In this document: one piece after another, positions 49,509-61,010 of the stretch | Position numbering within the stretch: position 1 is the stretch's first letter | How the letters are laid out: each line of letters starts with the position of its first letter | Assembly (NCBI GenBank): GCA_013265495.1 | Contig: MU062841.1 | Coordinates: 2,914,001-2,978,000 of the forward strand | Source: Vicugna vicugna | Lineage: Eukaryota | Direction: 5' to 3' | Length of the DNA stretch: 64,000 nucleotides | Notes under the pieces: model-generated | What the model was told of the DNA's origin: nothing | The model's database searches: none | Seen by the model: the letters and a program-made list of their open reading frames with translations, nothing else | Made by a program: the position numbers and the translations under genes

Positions 49509-51550
49509 ATCAATGTGGAGATTTCACTAGTTGCCAAATATGTCTNNNNNNNNNNNNNNNNNNNNNNNNNNNNNNNNNNNNNNNNNNNNNNNNNNNNNNN
49601 NNNNNNNNNNNNNNNNNNNNNNNNNNNNNNNNNNNNNNNNNNNNNNNNNNNNNNNNNNNNNNNNNNNNNNNNNNNNNNNNAGATCGCAGTGGTGTTTTGA
49701 GTCTCCTGGAATTAGTGTCAATTCAGATCCAGTGTCCAGTAATCCTCATAAGGTCTGCTTATGTCCTTTTCCCCAATGCACAGTCACTCTGGCAAAAAGC
49801 TGCAGGTCTCTTGGGGGAAGACTGGGAGAAGGAGAAACTGTGGACTGGGATCCTTCCCCAAGGGGACTCAGCCTCCCTTTCATTCATAGATCCTGGGTCT
49901 ATAAACTGGCTCAAAGCTGGGAATGGATTGAGGGGACATGCCCTTATTTTTATGAGACAAATTCAACTTTCGTTCACTTGATCTGGAATTTTTCTGCTTA
50001 TGCAGATCAAATAAGAATTTAGTGAACTTCCTATCCATCTCACTTCTGGGAATACTCGAGTTTCCAAGAGTCAGGCTATTCTGATCAACGCTTTGGCTCT
50101 GCTGTCCATTAAACACATCCACCTTGATTTTGGTGGTTAAGTGCTGCCACTTGACCCCTGCCACCCCAGGACCCAAGTATTCCCACTGCACTTAGGTTCC
50201 TCAGTTCAGGGACTGAAGCCCCCACTGTGAGGTCTGCCCCACATAGAAGAGTGCTCACAGAGCTCTTCAAGGAAGCCGGGGGTCCCTTTGCAAATTTTTT
50301 TCTCACAGTCATGGTGAAAAGTGTGTCCTCCCAAGGCAGGTGAGTAGGCTTTAAATGACAAATCCTCTCTTAAAACTCCAATCTCCCTAAGCCTTTGACT
50401 CTCTTCCACTACAATAAATCGAGGCAGATCTGGCATTCAAGATCATTGACTCTGGGCCAACTTTTGGCCCATGTTTTAGCCAATCAACCAACCAAACTTC
50501 TAGAGCCTTTTCTAACTCCCCAATCCCCAATGTTAAAAGCAGAATCTCTGTTTAGTGGGTCCATATCAATCAATGGGGCTCAATCCTACTTTATGTTCCT
50601 TCCACCATTATCCCACACCCTGAATCCATCCCCACACCTACTCCCTGAATTTCTGCCTGTGTAAATTAGAAAAATCAAGAAGTTCTTTTGCAGTGTAGCA
50701 TACCTCCTTATCGGTCACTCTGAACCTCACTTTTAGGGACCTGCTGGGACTTGAGTCTAGTTACAAGTCCAGAAGGAAAAAGGGGTGGGGTGGGGGTCCT
50801 GAGGAGAAAACACAGTGTCTCCCAAGGCAACTGCCTCGTGGGAGGCCATTGCAGCTTCCTCATCAATGCAGGGTTAATCCCCCCAATACAGGGGTGGAGA
50901 GGATGCTTCTACTGGCCAAGAAGACTCAACAGAATTTCATAGTTCAGTGTCCTCAGCTTCATCAGGGTCTTCCCACACATCCCCATGCTGGCTTCCAGGA
51001 TCCCATTTCTTCCCCACCAATGCTCTCACTTTAATAGTAGACACCCTGCGAGGCTGGGAATTCAATTTGCACTGCAAGTCAGCCTCAGAGGGTGAGATTC
51101 TGGGTTTGGCTGTCAACAATCTCAGGAGATAAAGGTCTCTTTCAGGGCAGACATAGAAGCTTTCGGGTCGTTTATGCGGTGCTTGTGCTGGGAATTTGAG
51201 TCCCTGAGCTCATTTGCTTCTTTTCCCACTTTGTCAGTGACCATCAGGAGCAACCAGCCAAGCTCATACTCATTAATTTGACAAAAGTTAGTTTGACAGC
51301 AGTGGTCACCTAGAGCTTTGCCTCTTATAAATGTTTGATTGGGAGTACCAGATGATGTCATTTTATGTATCTCTAGAGCCACAAGATGCCGTGAACAATC
51401 AGTGCTCTCTTTACGACTGGAAATAGAGTCAATAAACAGTGTCTTTAAATCTAACCAGATTAGAGGGCTGACTGCAGAAACCCCAGAACCAATTCAGAAA
51501 ATTTATCCTTAAGATTCTGTTCCTCTAAAACCACTCCCCGCGCCAAAATC
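49509..51550 (-). mobile_element. ERV-L internal fragment (PBS, decayed gag and protease), no LTR
   Basis: The minus strand starts GATTTTGGCGCGGGGAGTGGTT (ERV-L internal start, tRNA-Leu-type PBS). Translated pieces ELRDSNSQ, KLNSQPRRVSTIKVRALVGKKWDP, GSWGGRGQVAALNHQ and GLLDTGSELTLIPGDSKHHC (aspartic protease DTG motif) resemble HERV-L/MuERV-L Gag-Pro. Frameshifts and stops throughout. Confidence 0.9.
49546..49680. other. Assembly gap inside the ERV-L protease
   Basis: 135 N. Confidence 1.
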
Positions 51551-51551
51551 A

Positions 51552-51700
51552 CTGGAGCAGCGTGATCATCCTAAATCATAGGTCCCTCCTTACCACTCCC
51601 TTTCTCAAAGGCATTTACTAGCTCCCCATTAAACAGCTTTTCACATTGCCTGTGGACTCAAGTGCACACTGTTAAACATGGCCATGAGTGTAAACTCTGT
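51552..51700 (+). mobile_element. L2 fragment, right half
   Basis: ctggagcagcgtgatcatcctaaatc...accactccctttctcaaaggcatttactagctccccatt continues the L2 consensus ctgcagccagagtgatcttcctaaaa...tcactcccctgcttaaaacccttcagtggctccccatt. Confidence 0.65.
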
Positions 51701-54104
51701 TAAGGGAACCCCTGGCTATCATTCTGTTCTAAAGAAGCTTATGATCTAAAAAGCATAAATAAGGACACCAGATATAAATCAAACACAAAAAGATGCCATG
51801 AAAAGTCCTAGTGGTAGATTTCACCAACATGAGTACTTGCTTCCATGATGGTAAGTAAGTATTTATTGAGCACATATTTTGTGCCAGGCTTTAGGGTACA
51901 GAGTGGCCCCTCCTTTCAGGAACTGACGCTCTGAATTCAGGGCTAAAGAAAAAGTGGCTCATAATCAAATGATCTGCCCTGATGCTCTCACCTCGAATCT
52001 GCATATGAAACAAAGGTTAATCTTTCAAGAAAGCAGAGTAATACATCTGTCTCTGAGCTGCTATGGAAATTCAATGTGCAATTTATTCTAATGAATCCAC
52101 CCCATCTGGCTTTGCTCTGCGTCCTTCCTTAGCTCAGACACCAAGCCCCAGGGGTTCCCTGTTAGGCTCTAAGTCACTGTCTGAAGTGTGGGACTTCCTA
52201 ATCCTTCCCACTGGGGATGGCACGCAAACTAACAGCCAATAAAACAAAATAACTAGACTCTTTCAGGAAATCAAAATTCTGAAGGCAAAAGTGGAACTCT
52301 TGCCTAAAAATGAGGTTCTCTTTCTCTGGATCAGTATGTGCTAGAAATTGCCCACTGTTCCAGCTTAAGGGATATCTTGACAATTATGGGAAAACTTTGT
52401 TGTCAACTGACCAAGTGCAGGCAGAGGAGGATGCTGTAGGTTTGTTCAAAGTGTCATCAATAGTAGGTGCTATCCTGGTTAGAAGGAAACAAGGCTTTGA
52501 GATGCCAACAATTCGAGGTCATTTGAAATGACAAATGACAAGTCAAATTAAATGCACTAAACTCATTTAGTCCTCACAAAAGCCCTGGGAAGTAGATACC
52601 ATTAGCATCTCCATTTTGCAGAGAAGGAAACCTAGGCACAGAGACACTAAGTAATTTCCAAGTCCCCCTCCTAAGAATTGGCAGGGCAAGGATTCAAACC
52701 CAGGCCACCCGGCTCCAGTGTCCCTGCTGCTGCGTTATCTCCCTGAAGCTATAATTCACTGCAGATGCTGAAGGGAGACTGTCATAACACAGAGTAACAA
52801 GAGCTAACAGTTGCTCAGCAGGCGTGGAGCACTGATTGCTTTATCAGCTTTATCTTACTTAATCCTCACAACAAATGATCATGACCCTATTCCATAGATG
52901 GGAAACCTGATCTTTAAAGAAGCGATGGCTTGCCCAGGGTCACTGGCAGGTATAGCCAACTGCCAAACCCTAGTGGCCAGACACCAGTGTTCACACCGTT
53001 ATTCCCCACACCATGCTATCTCTCTGTTAGAGGCAAATCACGGTGCTCAAGCAACCTATGGGGTGCTTAATGACATGGAGAGAAAGCCCACCCCAGGTCA
53101 TGACCTCCGTCCTGAAGACCATGCATGAAGGGAGGGCAGTATGGTGCAGCAGGACAAGCACGACCTTGAAATTAAAATCCCAGCCCCAGCAATGACCACG
53201 TGACATTAAACGCAGTTCTCTGAGCCTGTTTCCTGATGTGTACGGATGGGATAAAAGTCCTCTAAGCACCACAGTGACTACGCAGCTGACACGAGACATC
53301 ACGAGGAAAAGCTGGCCTCGCGAGACCCTCCAGTCATCTGCCTCCTTGGATCCACTCAGACGCATTGTCTGACCATCAAGGGGGCCCACAAGTGTATAGG
53401 GAGTCCATCTCTGCTCAGGGGTCTGCCTGCCCCCCTTGGGCTGAGTCATAGCATCTTCACGGTAAACACTTAGAGCAAAATTGCACACGCATGGGCTCTC
53501 CAGATTGGAACCGGGTTCCCTCCACTCCCAGCGTTTGCCCGGGAAGCCAGCGGGAGCTATAGCCATGCTGCAGCTCTGTTAACAGGGTTGCTGGGCACCA
53601 GGGTGGCCGAGAGACCAAGAGGGCATGAAATCACTACTAACAGTACGAATTTGGACCAACAGGGACCGAGGGTTTCAGTTGAGAATAGCAGAACACAAAA
53701 TAATATCTTGGAAATGTTTAGATGAACTGGGGATGGATTGGTTTGGTCAGGAGGTTGGGGTTTGTTTTATCTTGTTTTTTACCCTTTAAAAAAATCTATT
53801 GAAACTTAAACACAAACTTCTGTTGATAAAAAAATAATGAAAATAATTAAAAAAAATAAAATTTTGTTAGTGTTTAAAAACTCTGGGTGATATCTTGCTT
53901 CTCAAATCATTTCTTTTGTTTGTACATATTTGGTCTCTTTTGATTCCCTGATGGCCACATCTCACAGAGTTCTCATCATTTTAAATGTCCCTTTAATTAA
54001 GCGGGAATGGATAACATCATTTTTAAACCACCCCCCCAGGGACAATTCTTTATGCAGATGCCGTCTTTGTTTTATATCCCAATCTTATTTACTGTGGCTC
54101 TAAA

Positions 54105-54336
54105 TCGGGGGCAAAAAAACTATAGCCCATAGGCCAAATTCAGCCTGCTGACTTTTTTTTTTTTTTGGTAAATCAAGTTTTATTGGAACACAGTCATGCC
54201 CTTGTGTTTACATATTGTCTATGGCTGCTTTGGTGCTAAAGGCAGAGTTGAATAGTGGTGACAGAGACCATCTGGACCTGCAAAGCCTAAAATATTTACT
54301 CTCTGAGCCTTCCCAGAAAATGCTTGCCAGTCCTTG
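54105..54336. mobile_element. MER58A-like hAT MITE
   Basis: gggggcaaaaaaactatagcccataggccaaattcagcc...ttttattggaacacagtcatgccc...aaagcctaaaatatttactctctg. Flanks ctctaaat/ctctagag resemble an 8-bp hAT target. Confidence 0.85.
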
Positions 54337-55185
54337 CTCTAGAGCAGGTACTGGACCAGAATGGCACAAAGCGGTTCGCAGCACGTGTGTCCCTACAGCA
54401 ATCAAACAATTCCCTGCGTTTGTTAATGCCTGTTTGTCCTGCTTTATGTAATTTCTTTGAGAGGCAAGGACTACACCTGCCTTGCTCCATATTTCCTCCC
54501 TGGGGCCTGAGCACAAAGACTAAAACACGGTAAACAAGTAACAGATATTTGTTAAATGAATGAACTAAGTTGCTAGACGGATTCTGAATTCGTGAGGCCC
54601 GTAACTATGACTCAGTCTGGAGTGAAAACCCGACTCCCCGTCAGTTCTCGGTAACTGTATGTCTGCTAGACAATCGACTGCATGGACTCTAAATGCAGAG
54701 AATGGGTATGTTTTGCAGGACATTTAATGATCAAGACAAACCCTTGTCTATATTTTGATGAATCTCTTCTATGCCGCACTATTCACGCCCATCCTCTCTC
54801 TAACTTCACAAACCCCTCCCTGTCTGCAGCCCTGAGAGCTGATGTCTGGCTCCGAGGATGCTAGTCTCATCATTGATTTGCAAAGCTGGTCCCCCATCCT
54901 GCGGAATCCATCTACGCTTCACCCCTGCAGGGGCCTCTGCGGGTGCGCTCAGCCTGGCGCTCACCGCCAAGGCACAGGCATTCAGCCCACGGATGCTTAG
55001 ACACAGGAGAAACCAGGCGCGGATGCTATCGGATTCTGGAAGGACACAGAAAGAAGGACAGCGTGAAAGAGACCTCTGGCCTGGCACACACAACACGTAT
55101 TTGTCATTTGGATATGGAAGATGGTTTAATACGAAGAAGAGAAATCACATGCTCAAGGAGGCAACAAGACTTGGGAAAAAAGAGC

Positions 55186-55272
55186 ATAACCTCTAAAAAT
55201 TGTGAATCACTATATTGTATGCCTGTAACTTATATAATAATGTACATTAACTATACTTCAATTTAAAAAAAA
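55186..55272 (+). mobile_element. Ultra-short L1 3'-end insertion
   Basis: aattgtgaatcactatattgtatgcctgtaactta...aactatacttcaatttaaaaaaaa. Probable TSD TTGG(G)AAAAAAGA(G/A)C at 55171-55185 and 55273-55286. Confidence 0.75.
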
Positions 55273-55529
55273 TTGGAAAAAAGAACTTAGGAGTCAGATC
55301 TGGTAGAAATCCAAGCTCCGATACCTACTAGCTATGTAAACCTAGGCCTATTAAATTCTCTGAGATAAAAATACCTTAATGACAAAATGGATTTAAATGA
55401 TAGTGTTGCAAGGACACTGTGATAGATTTAAGATGCCCAACACTGACAGGTGCTATCCAATTTTTACTGCTCTTTCTCCTTCACATTTTAATGCCACAAA
55501 GAGAACGATCTTTGAAAATTTCCACTTAC

Positions 55530-55980
55530 CAAGCATTCCCTTCTTGGAACTGGACAGACACATGTCCTTCTCTGCACTGGGCAGGGCAAAACTCACCACG
55601 AACACTTCCACCCCATCTGCCATGAGGGCCAAGCCCAAAACAAAAAAGAGAATCCACTGGAAGCGCCCGTGGCCACACTCATCAATGATGGTCTCGTACT
55701 GGTGGGCCAGCTGCTCCTCATCTTCCATCCTCTCCGCCATCAGGTCTTCCTGGCCCCGAAGACCATCTGCCCTGGAGGGCGCCATCTTGGTTGGCTTGGT
55801 CTTGATGTCATCCGGGTGAGGGATGCCCTGGTACTCGCCCTCGTAGATCTCGTCCTCCTCGTCATGGCCTTCTGTAACATCACTCTGTGCATCTTCTTCT
55901 GGATTGGACTCATTTCCACGATAATAGCCATCACTGGGGCCATAGCCCTCATAGTGGTCCTGATATTTGTAGTCATCCAT
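55530..55980 (-). CDS. SV2B: SV2B coding exon 1 (exon 2), 451 nt, aa 1-151: acidic cytosolic N-terminus and TM1
   Basis: ATG at 55980 (ggaATGG). MDDYKYQDHYEGY...DAQSDVTEGHDEEDEIYEGEYQG...GHGRFQWILFFVLGLALMADGVEVF...KKGMLG. Donor G|GTAAGT at 55529. Confidence 0.98.
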
Positions 55981-56015
55981 TCCTTGGTCCTGGGACTGCC
56001 TGGTTGCCTCTTGAG

Positions 56016-56066
56016 CTATATCCCTTGCACGGTGATAGAGGTTTGGGCTGTTTCAATAACCATCAT
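56016..56066 (-). promoter_or_regulatory. uORF MMVIETAQTSITVQGI* (overlaps the MDDGY uORF in another frame)
   Basis: Read directly: tandem ATG ATG at 56066/56063, TAG at 56018-56016. Confidence 0.5.
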
Positions 56067-56070
56067 CCAT
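56053..56070 (-). promoter_or_regulatory. uORF ATG GAT GAT GGT TAT TGA (MDDGY*), in frame with the main ATG
   Basis: Read directly. Context ataATGG has A at -3 and G at +4; it starts 90 nt upstream of the main ATG. Confidence 0.6.
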
Positions 56071-56150
56071 TATATGTTTATGTTCAGAGGTTTAAATGTA
56101 GCCTGTACTTTCTTGGGTGAAAGTGAACCTGTTCTCTCCCCCTTTGTGTC

Positions 56151-56198
56151 TCAAACAGAGCAAATGTCTTCAAAGGCAATCCAAGGATCCTTCTGCAT
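56151..56198 (-). promoter_or_regulatory. uORF MQKDPWIAFEDICSV*
   Basis: Read directly: ATG at 56198, TGA at 56153-56151. Weak context (cgaATGC). Confidence 0.45.
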
Positions 56199-56944
56199 TC
56201 GATGTCTTACTGGAAGTCTTTGGAAGTTTCAGATTCCGGTCTGGTCTCCTTGAGCGATCCAAAGGTGTTGTGCTGGGAGACGTTGATTAGAAATAGGTCC
56301 AGCTGTTTTCCTTGATGAGGAGCCCACAGGACTTGGCAGCTGGCTGGCTGGCCTGATTTGTTCTGCTACTGAAGGTTATGCCCTGCGAGTACAGAGAAAG
56401 GAAAGAGGAGAATGGTATGAAATGCAGAAATTCTAACAAAATACTCTCAGAATTAAACAAATATATTTACTAATGCCAGTGCTTCCCATATAAAGTGGAG
56501 GAAATCTTGACTAGACATCCGATTCCCATCAAATGAAATGAGCCTTAAATCCATGAGCTAGAGGACAAGGGGAGAGACAGCGGTGGTCAGAGAGGAAGCA
56601 TTGATCAACCCATGAAAGGGGTCAAATCTTACATAGAAATGAAATGTAAAGGGGACAAGAGATTTCCAATACAAGACAATTCTGTGATATGGATTTTCTG
56701 TTAGAATTTATCAAGCTTTTGGCAACAGTGCAGGTTTATTACAGCTCAGTGTCTGTTATGAGAGTGCCAGCTTTTCTAACTTTGTTGGAAGCAGCTGTAC
56801 AATCTTACATCTAGAAATGTACGGCAAAGAAACTCCTGGGACCATTTTCCCCAAAGCCCAGCTTACTTTGGAGACACAGCATTGTGCTCCCAGGGCCATT
56901 GTGACCTTGTACTTGCCTTAAATAGGCAAGAACAGTGTCTGAAG

Positions 56945-57110
56945 ACCCAGAGCTCGAAAGTTCATGTCTGAAATTTGATTCTGCCACATAAGAGCCGTGT
57001 GATCATGCACATGTTTTTCTGAGCCTCAGTTTTCTCATCTGTAAAAGGGAGATAATAGTACTTAACTCATAAAAGTTGTGCATGAAGTGCTTAGGGCAGG
57101 GCCTGACCTG
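56945..57110 (+). mobile_element. MIR SINE
   Basis: ctgagcctcagttttctcatctgtaaaagggagataatagtac is the MIR core. Confidence 0.8.
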
Positions 57111-58053
57111 CTTGGTTAAGCATCGATGTCATTGCTGCTCTTTTTCTTTCTAGTTCCAGTTCTGGAAACCAGGACCCAGTGTTGTCAGAGCCAAGACCCT
57201 GCCTTCTATCCCAATTTCAATCCCTGGGTCTGTCTGTCGATTCCTATGCCCAACACACCCCGTCCAAATCACACTTGTAAAATCCTGGTTCTCACAAGGT
57301 CCAGAGCCACCCTTTAACGATGGATGCTGGCCACCAGGAACTGTGAAATGTGTCACATGCCTTACCCCTGATGGTGACAACAATCAGAAAAGAAGGAAAG
57401 AAAGAAAAATGTATCCTTATCTTACAGATAAGAAACTGCGGCTCAGATGTAGATCAAGGTCAAAGAACCAGGACTCAACCCATGTTCGCTGATCCCCAAA
57501 GTCAGTGTTTCTGTGGCCACTGTGCTTCCCAAAGGCTGTTCCAAGGGACTGTCACATTGGAGCCCCTGGGGAGCCTTAGAATACAGATTCTAAAAGGCAT
57601 GCAGAGGGACCAGTTCAAGCTCAGAAACCTGAGTTTTCACAGGGCTCGCCAAGTGGCTCTGAGGTCCAGCTTCTCACTAAGCAGCCCCTCGGGGTGGAGG
57701 TCAGGACCCTCCCACACACCTTAACCCATTTCAACTCTTGCAGCTTCCAGATCTCTTCATTGGGGTTGCCAGAAATGCACTCCCCAGTTCAACCCATCTG
57801 CCGTTATCCACTCCATCAACCTTTACGGGCTCCTGTTGCACCTGAAATTCACACTGCCCTTTCACCTGGCTCAGCAGACCCACCTCACAGCGGACTGGAC
57901 ACACTCGCCCTCTCCTTTCCCTCAGATCCCCGGACCCTCTGCACCACATCTGCCTGCCTGGTCCTCCTCGCCCTCAGCCCTGGACAGACTCCAGCTCCGG
58001 AACTCATTTGAATCCCACAACCCAACACATTTCTACTGCGGCATACCAGACAC

Positions 58054-58230
58054 CAGCGGTTCTCAAACGCAGGGTGGGCCAGAACCACTCAGGGCAAGAG
58101 CGGCTCATGAGAAATGCAAATCCCAGTATCTCTCCCACCAAAGACTCTGAACCTGCAGACTGGGTGGGATGGAGCAGGAAATCTGCACTTTCCATGAGGA
58201 ATCCAGTAGACCACGCTTTGAGAAACAGTG
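58054..58230. mobile_element. MER5-like hAT MITE
   Basis: TIRs CAGCGGTTCTCAAAC / CTTTGAGAAACAGTG; internal gaaatgcaaatccc and ggaaatctgcacttt. Confidence 0.8.
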
Positions 58231-58809
58231 CGGTAAAAATCATCAAAAAATAGTTACTGAGAACTGATTCTCACTTTATCCTTTCAGATTTTTCACCATC
58301 CCCAGTAAATAAATTTGTATTAGACCATGCTGGTCTGAACCATGGCAGATTAATATTCTAAATCTGTTTTTATTATATCCATTTAGGGACCACAGGAGGA
58401 ATATAAATCACATGTAAACAGCATGAGAGTTTTGCAGAGTGCTATAAAAAAACGGAGAAAGAACGCCAACTGCCTGAGATCTGGTGTGTTATTTCCATCC
58501 TGGGGGCTCTGCAAAAATGTCAGGAACCAGCAGTGATAGATTTGCAATTCCAGAAGCACATGTGGGAAATACCATTCAGGGCAAAGGTCCTGGGACTTGC
58601 TTTATGGAAAGAAGCAGATCTTTGTCAAAACGAATTCTACTCATCTGATCCAGTTAAATGAACTGCTGTGTATGGCAGAGGCTTTGTGGAGTCAGGAGAA
58701 ATGGCTGTCAAGGGTTGTGGGGGTTTTTTTCCCTCTTTCATTGAGAAATGTCAAGTTATTTTTTTCAGCAAAGCATTTTCTAGAGAATGCAACTATTAAT
58801 CTTTTTCTA

Positions 58810-59287
58810 TGTGATAGTTTGAATGGTTCACCCCGCCCCGCAGAAAGGTGTATTAGTTTTCACCCCCAGTAGCTCTGAATGTGACTTTATTTGGAAACAT
58901 GTCTTTATACAGGTAATCGAGTTAAGATGAGGTCATTGGGGTGGGCTCTAATCCAATATGACTGGTGACCTTATAAAAAGGGGAAATTTGGACGCAGAGA
59001 CAGACAGGCAGAGAGGGAGGCGCTGAGGAGACACAGGGAGGGTACGAGACATCTACAAGACAAGACGAGACAACTGCAAGATGAGGAATGCCTGGGGCTA
59101 CCAGAAGCTAGGAGAGACAGATCCTCCCTCTCAGCCCTCAGAAGGAATCAACCCTCATCAGGACTGATCAAAATCAACACCTTGATTTTGGATTTCTAAA
59201 CTTCAGAACTGAGAAACAATACATTTCTTTGTTTAAGCCACCCAACTTGTAGTCCTTTGTTCTGGTGGCACCAGGAAAACTCATTCA
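58810..59287 (+). mobile_element. MaLR solo LTR (MLT1B/C-like)
   Basis: TGTGATAGTTTGAATGG...gaatgtgactttatttggaaa...gttaagatgaggtcattggggtgggctctaatccaatatgactgg...ttaagccaccca...actcattCA. Confidence 0.9.
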
Positions 59288-60451
59288 AAAACATTGGCAA
59301 GTCTAGTGTTTATCAACTACACAGCAATAACAAAACAACCAGAAGAGCAGCTACCAACTGAAGGTGAGCAGGTCACGAGCCCAACCTCATTTATCCTCGT
59401 AGTCAGTAGTGAAGAAAGAATATTCTCTCTATTTCACAGACGAAGAAACTGAGGACTAAAAGGATTAAAGAATGTGCCCAAATTAACACAAAGAATCAAT
59501 ATCAGGGCTTGGATTTGAAGCCAGCTTCAAAGAGATCGTGAGGGATGATGTACGGTGGGAGGGACTGGGAGCTCAAGGAGACAAGTCAAGATCACACACC
59601 AAGATCCCTGCAGAGCTAAGACTGACATTGGGTTTCTGACTCCCACGTGCAAGACTGTTTGCCCATCCTCCACAAACACTCCCCAGGATCTTTGGTGCTT
59701 AATGCATTTTATTAGATGTGACATGACTTGACTGCCATTCTCAAGAAGTCAACCCCTCATGAAAGAGTCAAAGAACACAAAGTATCATACAGTTATAAAA
59801 ATGACAATCTTAATTATCAACAATATTATCTTTCATTTATTTAACACTTGCCTTGTGGCTTTGAGCCAGGTGCAATGCTAAGTTTATCCTGTGCTTGACC
59901 TCTTCCAACTGAGACAACTGTATGAGGCAGGGAATGTTTTTACACTCAGTTTACAATAGAGAAGACTGAGGCTGAAGAGGCTGGACAGATGACCAGGGTC
60001 ACAGGTTGTAGGTTCTCCCAGGGGCTTCAGGGGAGGGAGGGATCACTATGGGCTTGCCTGCTGCTAAGCATCCCAGAGGTCAGGGGACTTCCAAGGGCAG
60101 GAACGGGCTCAGAGAAGCAACAACGGAGAGGAAGGTGCTGTGGGCTGGGGAACAGGGAAGCAAAGGCCAGAGGGAGGAATGGTTTGTTTTGGCAGCAGTG
60201 AAGCATCTGCCCACAGCAGATGATCCAAGAAGGGGGAATTACGGAAGATACGCTGGGGACGTAAATAGCAATCAGTCTGAATGCCCTGCTCAGGGACTGG
60301 GAACTTTCTTTGAGCAAGGGGAGCCGTGAAGGTTGTTGTTGAAGATTGCAGGGCAGCATGGCATTCAGAGCAGGGATCTGGAGAGATTTTCCTGGTGGGG
60401 ACATGCATCTTGGTTTTTAAGTGAAAACCTAGGGATGACTCAACCAGGTAG

Positions 60452-60453
<2 letters not shown>

Positions 60454-60489
<36 letters not shown>
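60454..60489 (+). repeat. (GT)18 perfect microsatellite
   Basis: Seen directly. Confidence 0.97.
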
Positions 60490-60491
<2 letters not shown>

Positions 60492-60754
60492 GTAGTCCAG
60501 AGGTGAAGTTAGGGGCCTGTGCAAAGCTGGTGGCCTTGGGACAGGATGGACACAAGGGACTTTCACAGGAGAACAAGAGATGCACTGCCTGTCAGATGAG
60601 AGGGAGCAGCAAGGGTGACTGGGACCATAATGAATTGGAGGAGGCAAATCCTGGACTGGAAATCTTTCCAGCATCCGACAATTGCCACGTAATTGAGACA
60701 GATGAAAATCTTTCTGGGGGCTGATCTGCCTTTTTGGAGGAGTGGTAGGATACA

Positions 60755-61010
60755 CAGCAGAGTGGTTCAAGAACACAGCCTCTGGTGTCCGAGGCCCCAG
60801 TTTCAAATCCTGACGCTGCCACTTCCTACTACCTGTGTGCAAGCTACGAGCCTCTCTGTTCCTAAGTTTCTTCTTCTGCAAAATGGTTGTAAAACCAGGA
60901 CCTACCTTGCAGGGTCCTTGTGAGGATTAGGGAAGATAATCCAGGAAGACGGCTTAGCCCAGGGCCAGGCACAGATGTGATCTCTATAAATTTGTTTTTA
61001 TTATCATTGT
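60755..61010 (+). mobile_element. MIR SINE, near full length
   Basis: agtggttcaagaacacagcctctgg...tttcaaatcctgacgctgccacttcc...cctctctgttcctaagtttcttcttctgcaaaatgg...gtgaggattag. Confidence 0.8.

Larger units (their letters stand above)
55981..56382 (-). other. SV2B: 5' UTR portion of SV2B exon 2 (402 nt)
   Basis: Long pyrimidine tract TTCTCCTCTTTCCTTTCTCTGTACTCGCAG ends at 56383. Length is close to the ~390-nt human exon-2 UTR as recalled. Confidence 0.8.

Noticed and set aside
49880-51382. ERV-L gag ORF pieces as a domesticated Fv1-like gene
   Set aside because: Homology is split over several short ORFs in different frames with stops (including TGA just before the protease GLLDTG), so there is no intact gene.
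55669-56253. 194-aa plus-strand ORF (and 55397-55819)
   Set aside because: Antisense shadow of SV2B exon 2; open because of codon bias on the coding strand.
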